From Gemmatimonadales bacterium (GTDB taxonomy: Bacteria; Gemmatimonadota; Gemmatimonadetes; Gemmatimonadales; GWC2-71-9): a stretch of 64,000 nucleotides of DNA. The notes below the pieces were generated by a model that was not told where the DNA came from, ran no database searches, and saw nothing but the letters and a program-made list of their open reading frames with translations. Location of the stretch: positions 1 through 64,000 of the forward strand of contig JBFJHJ010000002.1 of assembly GCA_041613315.1 (NCBI GenBank), given 5' to 3'. Each line of letters begins with the position of its first letter. The stretch's first letter is position 1. Of the stretch, positions 8,843 through 18,305 are shown piece after piece. A program made the position numbers and the translations under genes.

Positions 8843-9355
8843 ATGAACCCTCGGCCGCCGCCCTATCTTCGCGCGGACCCGCGCCTCCGCGTCGCCGTCT
8901 TCGCGGCGATACTGCTCATCGTGGCCATCGGTTTCGCAGCACTGGTCCACACCCAGTCATTCATCGCGGAGGTCACCGACCTCGCACGCACCTCGCCGGA
9001 GCGCGCGGCCGCCAAGGCAGCCGGCGCCGTCTCCGTAATGGCCATCATCCTGGCGATCGTCACGATCGCGGCCGCCCTGTACCTGGGCCGACTCGGTCTC
9101 AGGACCTGGCGCCACGCCGCGTTTCCGCCGCCCGGGACGTGGGTGATCCGGGACACCCGCGTGCTCACGGGCGGCGCGGCGCGCGCCCTCGGGATGGCGC
9201 TCCTGATCGTGGCGGGCGTCCTCTTGGGATTGGGGGTCGCATTGCCGATCGCTGTGTCGAGGCTCTCCGAGCGGCTGGAAGCGACTCCTGCCGCCGTCGA
9301 CGAGAGTCGCGCCGCTCTGCCGCACGCCCCCACATTCCGCCGAGGAGACGCATGA
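8843..9355 (+). CDS. Hypothetical membrane protein
   Basis: Three hydrophobic helices, FPPPGTWVIRDT loop; tight spacing with neighbours. Confidence 0.75.
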   Translation: MNPRPPPYLRADPRLRVAVFAAILLIVAIGFAALVHTQSFIAEVTDLARTSPERAAAKAAGAVSVMAIILAIVTIAAALYLGRLGLRTWRHAAFPPPGTWVIRDTRVLTGGAARALGMALLIVAGVLLGLGVALPIAVSRLSERLEATPAAVDESRAALPHAPTFRRGDA

Positions 9356-9843
9356 TGACGCAGCCGTCGCATCCCCCGTTGGACGAGCGCCTCACCAGCA
9401 TCGAACGCACACATCGCCGGTTGTTTGTCATTTGCGCAGCGCTAGCCGCCACGATGATCGCGACACTCGCCGCGACCTACGGCCGCACGACCGGCACGAT
9501 GCGCGCGCGCGGGCTCGAGATCACGGACGACTCGGGCCGGGTACGCGTGACCCTCGGCCTCGACGGGGGACAACCCCGGCTCCTGCTGTATGACGACCGC
9601 GGCACCGTGCGTCTGACCCTGACACACGACCCGTTCGGCACGGCGCTGTTCATCCACGACTCGGCGGGCGTGACACGGGTGGGCGCGGCCCAGTTTGCCC
9701 ACGGGGGCGGCGGCTTTGCCTTGCACGGACCGGATTCCAAGGGCGGAGCCGCGCTGTACCTCAAGGGCGGCGGCAGCCTCACGTTCTACGACACGGCCGG
9801 CACGATCACCGCGCGCCTGCCGGGGCCGGCCGGGCGCCGGTGA
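9352..9843 (+). CDS. Hypothetical membrane-anchored beta-rich protein
   Basis: AGGAG RBS, ATGA overlap, one TM helix followed by repeated L.hhD..G..R beta motifs. Confidence 0.75.
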   Translation: MMTQPSHPPLDERLTSIERTHRRLFVICAALAATMIATLAATYGRTTGTMRARGLEITDDSGRVRVTLGLDGGQPRLLLYDDRGTVRLTLTHDPFGTALFIHDSAGVTRVGAAQFAHGGGGFALHGPDSKGGAALYLKGGGSLTFYDTAGTITARLPGPAGRR

Positions 9844-10238
9844 GCCCCAGCGCCGCGACCGCCATTGCGCGGCAGCGGGATGAGTGGATCGCGGCGGTGA
9901 ACGCGCGACACCTCGAGCGCTACGCCGCGGTCTTCGCGGAGGACGGCGTGTGGATCCCGCCGGGGCAGCCCGCCGTGCGCGGCCGGGCCGCGTTCCGTGA
10001 GTGGGTTCGGCCGTTCTTCGAGCGATACGCGTACGACTTTTCGATCGCCGAAGCCGTGGTCCGTGTGGCCGGGGAGTGGGCGGTCGAGCGCGGGACGTTC
10101 AGTTCCACGCTCACGGAGGGCACGGGCCGACCGGTGACCCACGGCGGTGCCTACGTACTGCTCTGGCGCCGCGATGCCGACGGCCAGTGGCGGATCGACC
10201 GATACGCCGACGTGACAGATCGCATCGGCCGCGGGTAG
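9840..10238 (+). CDS. NTF2-like/DUF4440 family protein
   Basis: FAEDGVWIPPGQPAVRGR, GEWAVERG, YVLLWRR..DGQWRI. Confidence 0.88.
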   Translation: MSPSAATAIARQRDEWIAAVNARHLERYAAVFAEDGVWIPPGQPAVRGRAAFREWVRPFFERYAYDFSIAEAVVRVAGEWAVERGTFSSTLTEGTGRPVTHGGAYVLLWRRDADGQWRIDRYADVTDRIGRG

Positions 10239-10263
10239 TCACCACGACAGCCGAGGAGATCTC

Positions 10264-10644
10264 ATGGAACGCGTGACCGGCATCGGCGGCATGTTCTTCA
10301 AGGCGAAGGATCCCAAAGCCCTGATGGGGTGGTACCATCGCCATCTGGGCATCGTCGTCGAAACGCCGGGCGGTGCCTCGTTTCGCTGGCGCGAGCCGGA
10401 CGAGCCGGAGCGGGAAGGCTATACCGTGTGGAGCGCCTTTCCGGACGACACCACGTACTTCGCCCCCAGCGCCAAGCCATTCATGTTCAACTTCCGCGTC
10501 GCCGACCTCGACGCATTGCTCGCCGAGCTGCGCGCCGGCGGCGTGCCCGTCGAGGACCGCGTCGAGGAGTACGAGTACGGGCGCTTCGGCTGGATCATGG
10601 ACCCCGAAGGCAATCGGGTCGAGCTGTGGGAGCCGCCCGCGTGA
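10264..10644 (+). CDS. VOC/glyoxalase family protein
   Basis: RVTGIGGMFFKAKDP, FMFNFRVADLD, YGRFGWIMDPEGNRVELWEP. Confidence 0.92.
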   Translation: MERVTGIGGMFFKAKDPKALMGWYHRHLGIVVETPGGASFRWREPDEPEREGYTVWSAFPDDTTYFAPSAKPFMFNFRVADLDALLAELRAGGVPVEDRVEEYEYGRFGWIMDPEGNRVELWEPPA

Positions 10645-10690
10645 CCGCCGCCGACGCCGGACGAGTCTCCTTGAGACCATGGAGCCCACG

Positions 10691-11941
10691 ATGATCACCG
10701 TTCGTGATCGGCGGCGCCTCGCGGGCGCCGCGCTCTTCCTGCTCATCCCGGGCGCCGCGCTCGGCCAGAGCGCGCCGCGCGCGCGCGACCTCGGCGTGGC
10801 GCTCCCCGGAACACCGGGTCCGGCGAACGCCATCACCGACGTCCCCGGCGTCGAGGTCGGCCACACCACGCTGATCTCCGGCAGCGGCCGCCTCGTCGTC
10901 GGGCAAGGGCCGGTGCGGACCGGGGTCACCGCGATCCTACCCCGTGGGCGCGGCGGCCCCGATACGGCGTTCGCGGGGTGGTTCACGTTGAACGGCAACG
11001 GGGAGATGACCGGCACGACGTGGATCGAGGAGGGCGGGATTCTCGAGGGACCGATCTTGATCACCAACACGCACAGCGTCGGCGTCGTCCGGGATGCGAC
11101 GATCGCGTGGATGACCAGAGTCGGCCGTGCGCCGATCTTCGCCCTGCCGGTGGTCGCCGAGACGTTCGACGGCGCGCTCAACGACGACCGCGGGTTCCAC
11201 GTGACGGCCGAGCACGCCCTCGCCGCGCTCGACGGCGCCCGCGCCGGGCCGGTCGCGGAGGGCAACGTCGGGGGCGGCACGGGGATGATCTGCCACGGGT
11301 TCAAAGGCGGGATCGGCACGGCGTCCCGGCGCCTCGACCCGGCGGCCGGCGGCTACACGGTCGGCGTCCTCGTCCAGTGTAACTACGGTAGCCGGCGCCT
11401 GTTCCGCGTGAACGGCGTGCCGGTGGGGGAGGAAATCCCCGACCTCCTCCCGTGCATTGCGAGCGACCGACCCCCGTCGCGCGACTGGCTGCGGCGGGTG
11501 CCCCGCTGCGAAGCGGCGGGCGACCCCCAACCGGGCGGTGACCCGCTGGATGGACAGGGCTCGATCATCATCATTGTGGCGACCGACGCCCCCCTGCTCC
11601 CGCACCAGCTCAAGCGAGTGGCGAAGCGCGCCGCGCTCGGCGTCGGGAAAATGGGTGGGTTGGGCGAGAACTCGTCGGGGGACATCTTCCTCGCGTTCTC
11701 CACGGCGAACCGAAGCATCGGGGCGGATACCGGCGTCGTGGCGGTCCGCATGCTGCCCAACGACCGCATGAACGCCGTCTTCTTTGGCGTCGTGCACGCG
11801 GTGGAGGAGGCCGTCCTGAACGCGATGCTGGCCGCGGAAACCATGACCGGCGTGGACGACTTACGGGTCTTCGCGCTGCCGGACGACCGCCTCATCGCGG
11901 CGATGCGCACGTACAACCGGCTGGAGGCGCGAGACCGCTAG
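10691..11941 (+). CDS. dmpA: DmpA-family (P1/S58) aminopeptidase, probably exported
   Basis: Signal peptide, RARDLG, NAITDVPGVEVGH, LNGNGEMTG, EGNVGGGTGMICHGFKGGIGTASR, autocleavage G|SIII, SGDIFLAFST. Confidence 0.92.
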   Translation: MITVRDRRRLAGAALFLLIPGAALGQSAPRARDLGVALPGTPGPANAITDVPGVEVGHTTLISGSGRLVVGQGPVRTGVTAILPRGRGGPDTAFAGWFTLNGNGEMTGTTWIEEGGILEGPILITNTHSVGVVRDATIAWMTRVGRAPIFALPVVAETFDGALNDDRGFHVTAEHALAALDGARAGPVAEGNVGGGTGMICHGFKGGIGTASRRLDPAAGGYTVGVLVQCNYGSRRLFRVNGVPVGEEIPDLLPCIASDRPPSRDWLRRVPRCEAAGDPQPGGDPLDGQGSIIIIVATDAPLLPHQLKRVAKRAALGVGKMGGLGENSSGDIFLAFSTANRSIGADTGVVAVRMLPNDRMNAVFFGVVHAVEEAVLNAMLAAETMTGVDDLRVFALPDDRLIAAMRTYNRLEARDR

Positions 11942-12027
11942 GCGGCCGCTGGAGCACCGTGAGGGCAACCGACGGCTTTCAACCGGAGACGCTCTCCGGC
12001 GTACGAGCCGTCAGAACGGAGAGAGCG

Positions 12028-12744
12028 ATGTATCACTCCCAAGAGGCGGCGGTACGACGCCCGGTGTGGACACGGGCGATCGGCGTCGCGGTCGGTCTGG
12101 GCATCGCGGCACCGTTGCACGGGCAGCACCTGCCGACGGGCACGTGGTCCGGCTCGATGACCCTGGCCGGCGGCCCCGAGGTGCCATTGGTGTACACGGT
12201 CACGGCGGCGGGGGATTCGGTGCACCTGACGATGAACGCCGTGGGTGGCCCGGCGATTCCACTCCAGGTGACCGAGCGGAAGGGCGATCGGCTCACGATC
12301 AGCTGGACCGCCGGTACCACGACGACCTGCCCACTCAAGCGGCAAAAGAACGGGAGTTATCGGGGGAAATGCAGCAACCCCGACGGTACGGCCGCGGAGC
12401 TGGTGATGATCCCGCCGGCGGCGGCGGCCGACGCCCCGGACCCACCAGATCGCAACGTGCTCACCACCGAGGACCTCGTCGCGACCCAGGCCACGAACGT
12501 GTACGACGCGGTGCAGCGTCTCCGGCCACAGTGGTTGCGTGCGCGGGGGGCAGCCAGGGTCGGTCGCGTGGCGGTCGTTCGGGTCATCGTGGACAGCGAC
12601 CCCGTTGGAGGTGTCGCCTACCTGCGCCAGATGGAGCCCGTGGCGGTGGAGGAGGTGCGTTTCTACACCGCGAGCGAGGCAAGCATGCGGTGGGGCGGCG
12701 ACACCGAAGGGGGCGTGCTGCACGTGACGCGCCGGCGGCGGTGA
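12028..12744 (+). CDS. Exported protein with C-terminal TonB-plug-like domain and no barrel
   Basis: Signal peptide; LTTEDL..TNVYDAVQRLRPQWL..VEEVRFY..EAS.RWG..GGVLHV. Confidence 0.65.
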   Translation: MYHSQEAAVRRPVWTRAIGVAVGLGIAAPLHGQHLPTGTWSGSMTLAGGPEVPLVYTVTAAGDSVHLTMNAVGGPAIPLQVTERKGDRLTISWTAGTTTTCPLKRQKNGSYRGKCSNPDGTAAELVMIPPAAAADAPDPPDRNVLTTEDLVATQATNVYDAVQRLRPQWLRARGAARVGRVAVVRVIVDSDPVGGVAYLRQMEPVAVEEVRFYTASEASMRWGGDTEGGVLHVTRRRR

Positions 12745-12781
12745 GACCGAGCGGTCCCACGCCATTCACGACGCTCGCCCC

Positions 12782-13219
12782 GTGAGCCGAGTCGACCCGC
12801 AACGCCACGGGATCGCCTGGATCGCCCTGTGTCTCGCGTTCGTCCTTCACGTCACCGACGAGGCACTGACGGGGTTCCTCGACGTGTACAACCCGGCCGT
12901 GCAGGCGATCCGCGACCGCGTGCCGGCTCTTCCGCTGCCGACGTTTACCTTCGGCGTCTGGCTCGCCGCCCTCGTCACCGCCGTCGGGATCCTCCTGCTC
13001 CTGTCACCGCTCGTGTTCCGTGGTGCACGCGGGATGCGGCCCCTCTCTCTCGTCTTCGGCGCGGTGATGCTGGCGAATGGCCTGCTCCACGTGGGCGGCT
13101 CCATCGCGCTGGCGCGGGTGCTGCCCGGCGTGTACTCCTCGCCGATCCTCGTCGCCGCCGCGCTCTGGCTGCTCCACAGCATCCGCCGCGTGGAAACACC
13201 CCTCGTCGCCGCTCCGTAA
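12782..13219 (+). CDS. HXXEE-like membrane protein
   Basis: LHVTDEALTGF, NGLLH, PGVYSSP; four TM segments. Confidence 0.75.
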   Translation: MSRVDPQRHGIAWIALCLAFVLHVTDEALTGFLDVYNPAVQAIRDRVPALPLPTFTFGVWLAALVTAVGILLLLSPLVFRGARGMRPLSLVFGAVMLANGLLHVGGSIALARVLPGVYSSPILVAAALWLLHSIRRVETPLVAAP

Positions 13220-13266
13220 GTCCGCTGTCCGAATCCGAGGGATGTGTGCGACGCGCACCGGTACGC

Positions 13267-13487
13267 GTGGACACGGCGGGGGTGATCGCCCGCCGCCCGT
13301 ATTCCTCGCGTCTCCGCTGTTGGGCGTCGGCCTCGATCGTTTCTGACCCGTTCCCCGGCCGCCAAGCGCGCCCGTCGCGAGTACGGCGCCGTACGCGGTC
13401 GCGATCGTGCTGGTCGCGTGGGCCGTGCGACAGTTCAGCCGGCCGGGGACGCCGGCGCCCACGAGCGAGCCCACCCCATCCTCCTAG
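13267..13487 (+). pseudogene. 5' remnant of an ICMT-family methyltransferase gene
   Basis: DTAGVIAR, frameshift, PPVFLASPLLGVGLDRF*PVP..AIVLVAWAVRQFSRPGTPAPTSEPT (TGA 13344-13346); truncated afterwards. Confidence 0.55.
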
Positions 13488-13606
13488 TGTCCACTCCCAC
13501 GCGCGAGTAGGTTGGGCAGCACGCCGCTGCGCCGCACTCTTCTCCCACGAGACGTGCCGATGATTCGACCTCCCGATCCGCGGTTACACCACGCAACGAC
13601 CGGCCA

Positions 13607-16453
13607 ATGACGTTGCTGCTCGCGACCGCGATGGTACTGCAGGCACTCACGTCGGCGGCGCCGCTCACCCATGGCGCCGCGGATCCCACGTACGCACGGG
13701 ATGGTCGCCTCGCGGTCACGATTCGGGGCGACCTCTGGGTGCATGCTCCCGGCGACGACGGCGGCTGGGTACGGGTGACCGCCGGGCCCGCTTGGGACCG
13801 GGAGCCGGCATGGGCGGCCGACGGCTCCGCGCTCGTCTTCGCGTCGGACCGGGGTGGCGGCTCCGATCTGTGGCACGTCCGCCTCGGGCCGGCCGGCCCG
13901 GTCGGCGAGCCCGAGCGGCTCACGACATCGCCGGACTGGGATGGCGAGCCTGCCGCAGGACCCGACGGACATCTGTGGTACGTCCGCGGGCGCGGACCGA
14001 ATGCGCGACTCTGGCACCGGGCCGCCGACGGCACCGAGCGGCGTCTCACGAAGTCTGACGCAGGAGCCGAACGCTGGCCGGCCGTCGCGCCGGGGGGCGA
14101 TCGCGTCGCGTACGTCCGTGTGACCGAGCGCGGCGTCGAGCTCCGGATCCATTGGGTCGGGGCCGACACCGGCCGCGTCGTGCTCGCCGACCCCGCCGTG
14201 GAGCGGCCGGCGTGGTCACCCGACGGCGAGCGCCTGGCGTTTACGACGCGGCGAGGGCGGGTAGGCGTGTGGGTGACCGATACACGCGGCCGCTATGTGA
14301 ACCTCGTGAGCGACCGCGCCGCCGCACCCACGTGGGCGCCCGACGGACGGCGGCTCGTCCTGGCCGACCTCGGGCCCGCCGAGGTCGGGTACAACGGCGA
14401 CCCCGACCGCGTGGGCGACCGGGAAACCATAGATGCGTTGCCCGGCGCCGGTGCGCTGTGGCTCGTCGACGCCCCGGCGCCGCCGGATATGGGTGCGCAG
14501 TCCCTCGCCCTCGCGCCGACGGACCGTCCGACGCTCAACGCCGAGGCGTTCGACCGCATGTGGCAGCGGACGGCCCAGCTCTATTACGCCGGCCCGGATG
14601 CCGCCGAACGGCGCGCCGCGTGGGAGCGGTCGCGGGCGGCGTATCGCGCCCGGGCCGTCGCCGCTCGTGACGACGACGAGCTCGAGGCGGTGCTGCACGA
14701 GGCTCTGGCGAACCGACCGGCGCTGCGACGGTCCGCGACGGGACGGGCCGCCGTCTCCAGTGCGCATCCGGTGGCGACGTCGGCCGGGCTCGAGATCCTG
14801 CGGAACGGCGGCAACGCCGTGGATGCGGCCATCGCCGTCTCATTTGCGCTGGGCGTCGTCGAACCGGATGCCAGCGGCGTCGGCGGCTACGGCCAGATGC
14901 TGATCCACCTGCCGGGCATGCCCCGGCCGCGACTGATCGAGTTCATGACCCGTGCGCCGGAGGACGCGGGGCTCGGGAACGCGGGGCTCCTCACCGGCGG
15001 CGCCTACCCCGACGACGGACCCGTGCTGGCGAACGTGCCGGGCACGGTGGCGGCGATGGAGCTCGCCTTCAAGACGTACGGGAGCGGCAAAGTGGCCTGG
15101 GCCGACCTGCTGGCGCCGGCGATCCGCGCCGCCGAGGACGGGTTCGCGGTGAGCGACGGCGTGGCCACGACGCTCGCCCTCGAACGGGAGCATTACCGCA
15201 AGTATGAGGCCCCCCGGGCGCTGTTCTTCCGCAACGGCGAGCCGCTCGCCGCCGGCGACACGTTGCGCAATCCCGATCTCGCATGGACGCTGCGGCAGAT
15301 CGCCCAGGGCGGGGCGGCGGCGTTCTACCACGGGGAGGTCGCGCGCCGCATGGTGGCGGACCTGCGGGGCCACGGCAACGCGATGCGACTGAGCGACGTC
15401 GCGCGGTACTTCGCGATCGAGCGCGAACCCGTGTCCACCACGTACCGCGGCCACACCATCTACTCGAGCGCGCCGCCCAGCCAGGGTGGCGCGACGCTCG
15501 CCGCTCAACTCAACCTGCTCGAGCGGTTCGCGCGGCCCCGGCCGTATAGGGAAGACGCCGCGACGTTGCACGCGATGATCGAGGCATGGAAGCTGGTGCC
15601 ATCGAGCCGCGGCCGGATCGCCGACCCCGGGCTCTGGCCCGTCGCGCTCGACGCCTTCACCTCCAAGGACTCCGCCCGGGTACGGTGGGGGTGCTACGAC
15701 CCGGACCGCGCCGTGACGCCGGCCGATCTGGCCGGGGATTCGCTGCCCTGCGCCGCCGAGGATGTGGTGACCGGAGCGCACGAGCAGCCGGCCTGCGTCG
15801 CCCACGCGGGCGGCGGGCGCGTGTGCCACCAATCGGGCACGACCTCGTTCGCCGTCGGGGACGCCGCAGGCGCGCTCGTTGCCGTGACCCAGACGCTGGG
15901 CACGTGGGGCGGCAACTTCTACGTGACGCCGGGCCTCGGGTTCATCTACAACGATAAGCTCACGTCGTACGCGCTCGATCCCGACCGGTACGGCGCGCGG
16001 CTCCCCAACGCGCGCCACGGGAGCAGCATTGCGCCCACACTCGTGTACCGAGGGACCGGCACCGGGATGCGCCCCATCGTCGCGGCCGGCGCCGCCGGCA
16101 ATCGCTGGATCACCTCGGCGGTCTACGCGATCGTCACGAGCGTCGTGGATCACGGCCTCGACCCGCAGCGCGCCGTGGAGTTGCCCCGCTTCCTCGTGAG
16201 CGAAACCCGCGGGTCGGGCGAGCGGGCGTTCGTGATCCAGCTAGAGGACGGCTACCACCCCGATGTGATCCGCGGGCTCGAAGCGCGCGGCCATGCACTG
16301 CAGTTCATCTCGCTCAAGGGCGAGCTCCGCATGGGGTACGCCGGCGTGGTGATGTTGCGAGACGGCGCCGCGACGGCGGCCGGCGACCCGCGGCGCTCGG
16401 GCACCGCCGGCGCCGTGGGCTGCCGCGACGAGCGGGACCAATGCCGCCGGTAA
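13607..16453 (+). CDS. Exported fusion: TolB/PD40 beta-propeller + tricorn-C1-like helical domain + gamma-glutamyltransferase-family Ntn hydrolase
   Basis: Repeated P.WSPDG motifs; AFDRMW..LYY..W..Y..ELEAVL; GGT motifs AVSSAHP, GGNAVDAAIA..LGVVEP..SGVGG, VPGTVA, nucleophile Thr in SG|TTSF (15839), AGDPRRSG. Confidence 0.88.
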   Translation: MTLLLATAMVLQALTSAAPLTHGAADPTYARDGRLAVTIRGDLWVHAPGDDGGWVRVTAGPAWDREPAWAADGSALVFASDRGGGSDLWHVRLGPAGPVGEPERLTTSPDWDGEPAAGPDGHLWYVRGRGPNARLWHRAADGTERRLTKSDAGAERWPAVAPGGDRVAYVRVTERGVELRIHWVGADTGRVVLADPAVERPAWSPDGERLAFTTRRGRVGVWVTDTRGRYVNLVSDRAAAPTWAPDGRRLVLADLGPAEVGYNGDPDRVGDRETIDALPGAGALWLVDAPAPPDMGAQSLALAPTDRPTLNAEAFDRMWQRTAQLYYAGPDAAERRAAWERSRAAYRARAVAARDDDELEAVLHEALANRPALRRSATGRAAVSSAHPVATSAGLEILRNGGNAVDAAIAVSFALGVVEPDASGVGGYGQMLIHLPGMPRPRLIEFMTRAPEDAGLGNAGLLTGGAYPDDGPVLANVPGTVAAMELAFKTYGSGKVAWADLLAPAIRAAEDGFAVSDGVATTLALEREHYRKYEAPRALFFRNGEPLAAGDTLRNPDLAWTLRQIAQGGAAAFYHGEVARRMVADLRGHGNAMRLSDVARYFAIEREPVSTTYRGHTIYSSAPPSQGGATLAAQLNLLERFARPRPYREDAATLHAMIEAWKLVPSSRGRIADPGLWPVALDAFTSKDSARVRWGCYDPDRAVTPADLAGDSLPCAAEDVVTGAHEQPACVAHAGGGRVCHQSGTTSFAVGDAAGALVAVTQTLGTWGGNFYVTPGLGFIYNDKLTSYALDPDRYGARLPNARHGSSIAPTLVYRGTGTGMRPIVAAGAAGNRWITSAVYAIVTSVVDHGLDPQRAVELPRFLVSETRGSGERAFVIQLEDGYHPDVIRGLEARGHALQFISLKGELRMGYAGVVMLRDGAATAAGDPRRSGTAGAVGCRDERDQCRR

Positions 16454-16540
16454 GCGCCGAGCCGGCATCAGCCCCAGGGTGGGTGCCGGAGATGGCCCAC
16501 GCCAGCGCACGCGAGCACTTTCACGGGGAGTACGAGGCAC

Positions 16541-17941
16541 ATGGTACGTATCGGGTTCGTTCTGCTTGCGTCGGTCGTGATGGGCACCGGGCGGCTCGGC
16601 GCGCAGGGCGCGACGCTTCCCCCTGAGCGGCAGCTCGCGCGGGACATCTTCGCCGAGTTGATCGAGATCAACACCGTCAACACGCGCGGCAGTACCACCG
16701 ATGCCGCGCGGGCGATGGCGGCGCGGCTGCGCGCCGCCGGGTTCCCCGCCGAGGACGTCGAGGTGCTCGGCCCCGACCCGCGCAAGGGCAACCTGGTGGC
16801 ACGCCTCCGAGGCACCGGCCGGCGCCCGCCCCTCCTCCTCCTGGCGCACCTCGACGTGGTGGACGCGCTCCCGTCGGACTGGTCGGTGGACCCGTTCACG
16901 TTTCTCGAGCGCGACGGATACTACTACGGGCGCGGGACGACCGACGACAAGGCGATGGCGGCGATTTGGATCGCCAACCTGATCCGCTATCGGCAGGAGG
17001 GATACCGGCCCGATCGCGATCTGATCGTCGCGCTCACGGCGGACGAAGAGGGCGGGTCCCACAACGGCGTCACCTGGCTGTTGGCTCATCACCGCGACTT
17101 GATCGATGCAGCGTACGCGCTGAACGAGGGCGGCGGCGGGGCGATCAAGAACGGCCGGCGGATCGCCAATCGGGTGCAGGCGAGCGAAAAGGTCTATCAG
17201 AGCTTCCGGCTCGAGGTGACCAACCGCGGGGGTCACAGCTCGCTGCCGCGACCCGACAATGCGATCTACCAACTCGCCGAAGGACTGATCCGCCTGGCCC
17301 GGTTCCGCTTCCCGGTGAAGCTCACGGAGGTGACGCTGGCGTTCTTCGAGCGAACGGCGGACGGGGAGGCCGGGCGGACCGCCGCCGACATGCGCGCGGT
17401 GGCGCGGCCCACCCCCGACCGCGCGGCGGCCGGCCGGCTCAGCATGGAGCCGTACTTCAACGCCCTCCTCCGCACCACGTGCGTCGCGACGCAGCTCGAG
17501 AGCGGGCACGCCGAGAACGCCCTTCCGCAGACCGCGCGTGCGGTCGTCAACTGCCGGGTGCTTCCGAACGACGATCCCGAGGAGATCCCGCGCACGCTCG
17601 CGCGGGTCCTGGCCGACACCGCGATCCGGCTCACGCCGCTCAGCGAACCCACGCCAAGCCCGCCGTCGCCGCTCCGCCCGGAGGTGATCGAGCCGATCGA
17701 GCGGATCACGCAAGCGATGTGGCCGGGCGTCCCCGTGGTACCGGTCATGTCGACCGGGGCCACCGACGGCCTCTACCTGCGCAATGCCGGCATCCCGACC
17801 TACGGCGTCTCCGGCCTGTTCGGCGACCTGGACGACGTGCGCGCCCACGGCCGCGACGAGCGTATCGCGGTCGAGGCGTTCTTCGACGGCCAGACGTTCC
17901 TCTACCGGCTGGTGAAGGCACTGTCCGGCGGGACGGACTGA
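16541..17941 (+). CDS. M20/M25/M40 family metallopeptidase, exported
   Basis: LLAHLDVV, GRGTTDDK, ADEEGG, NEGGG, GGHSS, GATDG, AHGRDERI. Confidence 0.93.
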   Translation: MVRIGFVLLASVVMGTGRLGAQGATLPPERQLARDIFAELIEINTVNTRGSTTDAARAMAARLRAAGFPAEDVEVLGPDPRKGNLVARLRGTGRRPPLLLLAHLDVVDALPSDWSVDPFTFLERDGYYYGRGTTDDKAMAAIWIANLIRYRQEGYRPDRDLIVALTADEEGGSHNGVTWLLAHHRDLIDAAYALNEGGGGAIKNGRRIANRVQASEKVYQSFRLEVTNRGGHSSLPRPDNAIYQLAEGLIRLARFRFPVKLTEVTLAFFERTADGEAGRTAADMRAVARPTPDRAAAGRLSMEPYFNALLRTTCVATQLESGHAENALPQTARAVVNCRVLPNDDPEEIPRTLARVLADTAIRLTPLSEPTPSPPSPLRPEVIEPIERITQAMWPGVPVVPVMSTGATDGLYLRNAGIPTYGVSGLFGDLDDVRAHGRDERIAVEAFFDGQTFLYRLVKALSGGTD

Positions 17942-17955
17942 GGAGCCTTACGGCG

Positions 17956-18303
17956 ATGGCCGGCGAGGGGACGGCGACGCGTGTCACGCTCGCGGAGGCG
18001 TTGCGGCGCCTTCCGGGGCCTGACGGCGAACGATTCGTCACGGTGCTTCGGCACGGGACGCTCGACGTCGAGCTGTACGCACCGCGAGAGACCGATGCCC
18101 AGCGTCCGCACACCCGCGACGAGGTCTATGTCGTGGCGCAGGGATCCGGTGAGTTCGTGAACGGCTCACACCGGGGACCGTTCGGCCCCGGTGATGTCCT
18201 CTTCGTCCCGGCGGGCCGCGAGCACCGCTTCGAGGCGTTCACCGAGGACCTGGCCGTGTGGGTGATGTTCTACGGTCCGGAAGGCGGCGAGGAGGTGGTC
18301 TGA
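17956..18303 (+). CDS. Cupin domain protein
   Basis: AGGAG RBS; QRPHTRDEVYVV, GDVLFVPAGREHRFE. Confidence 0.9.
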   Translation: MAGEGTATRVTLAEALRRLPGPDGERFVTVLRHGTLDVELYAPRETDAQRPHTRDEVYVVAQGSGEFVNGSHRGPFGPGDVLFVPAGREHRFEAFTEDLAVWVMFYGPEGGEEVV

Positions 18304-18305
18304 CG

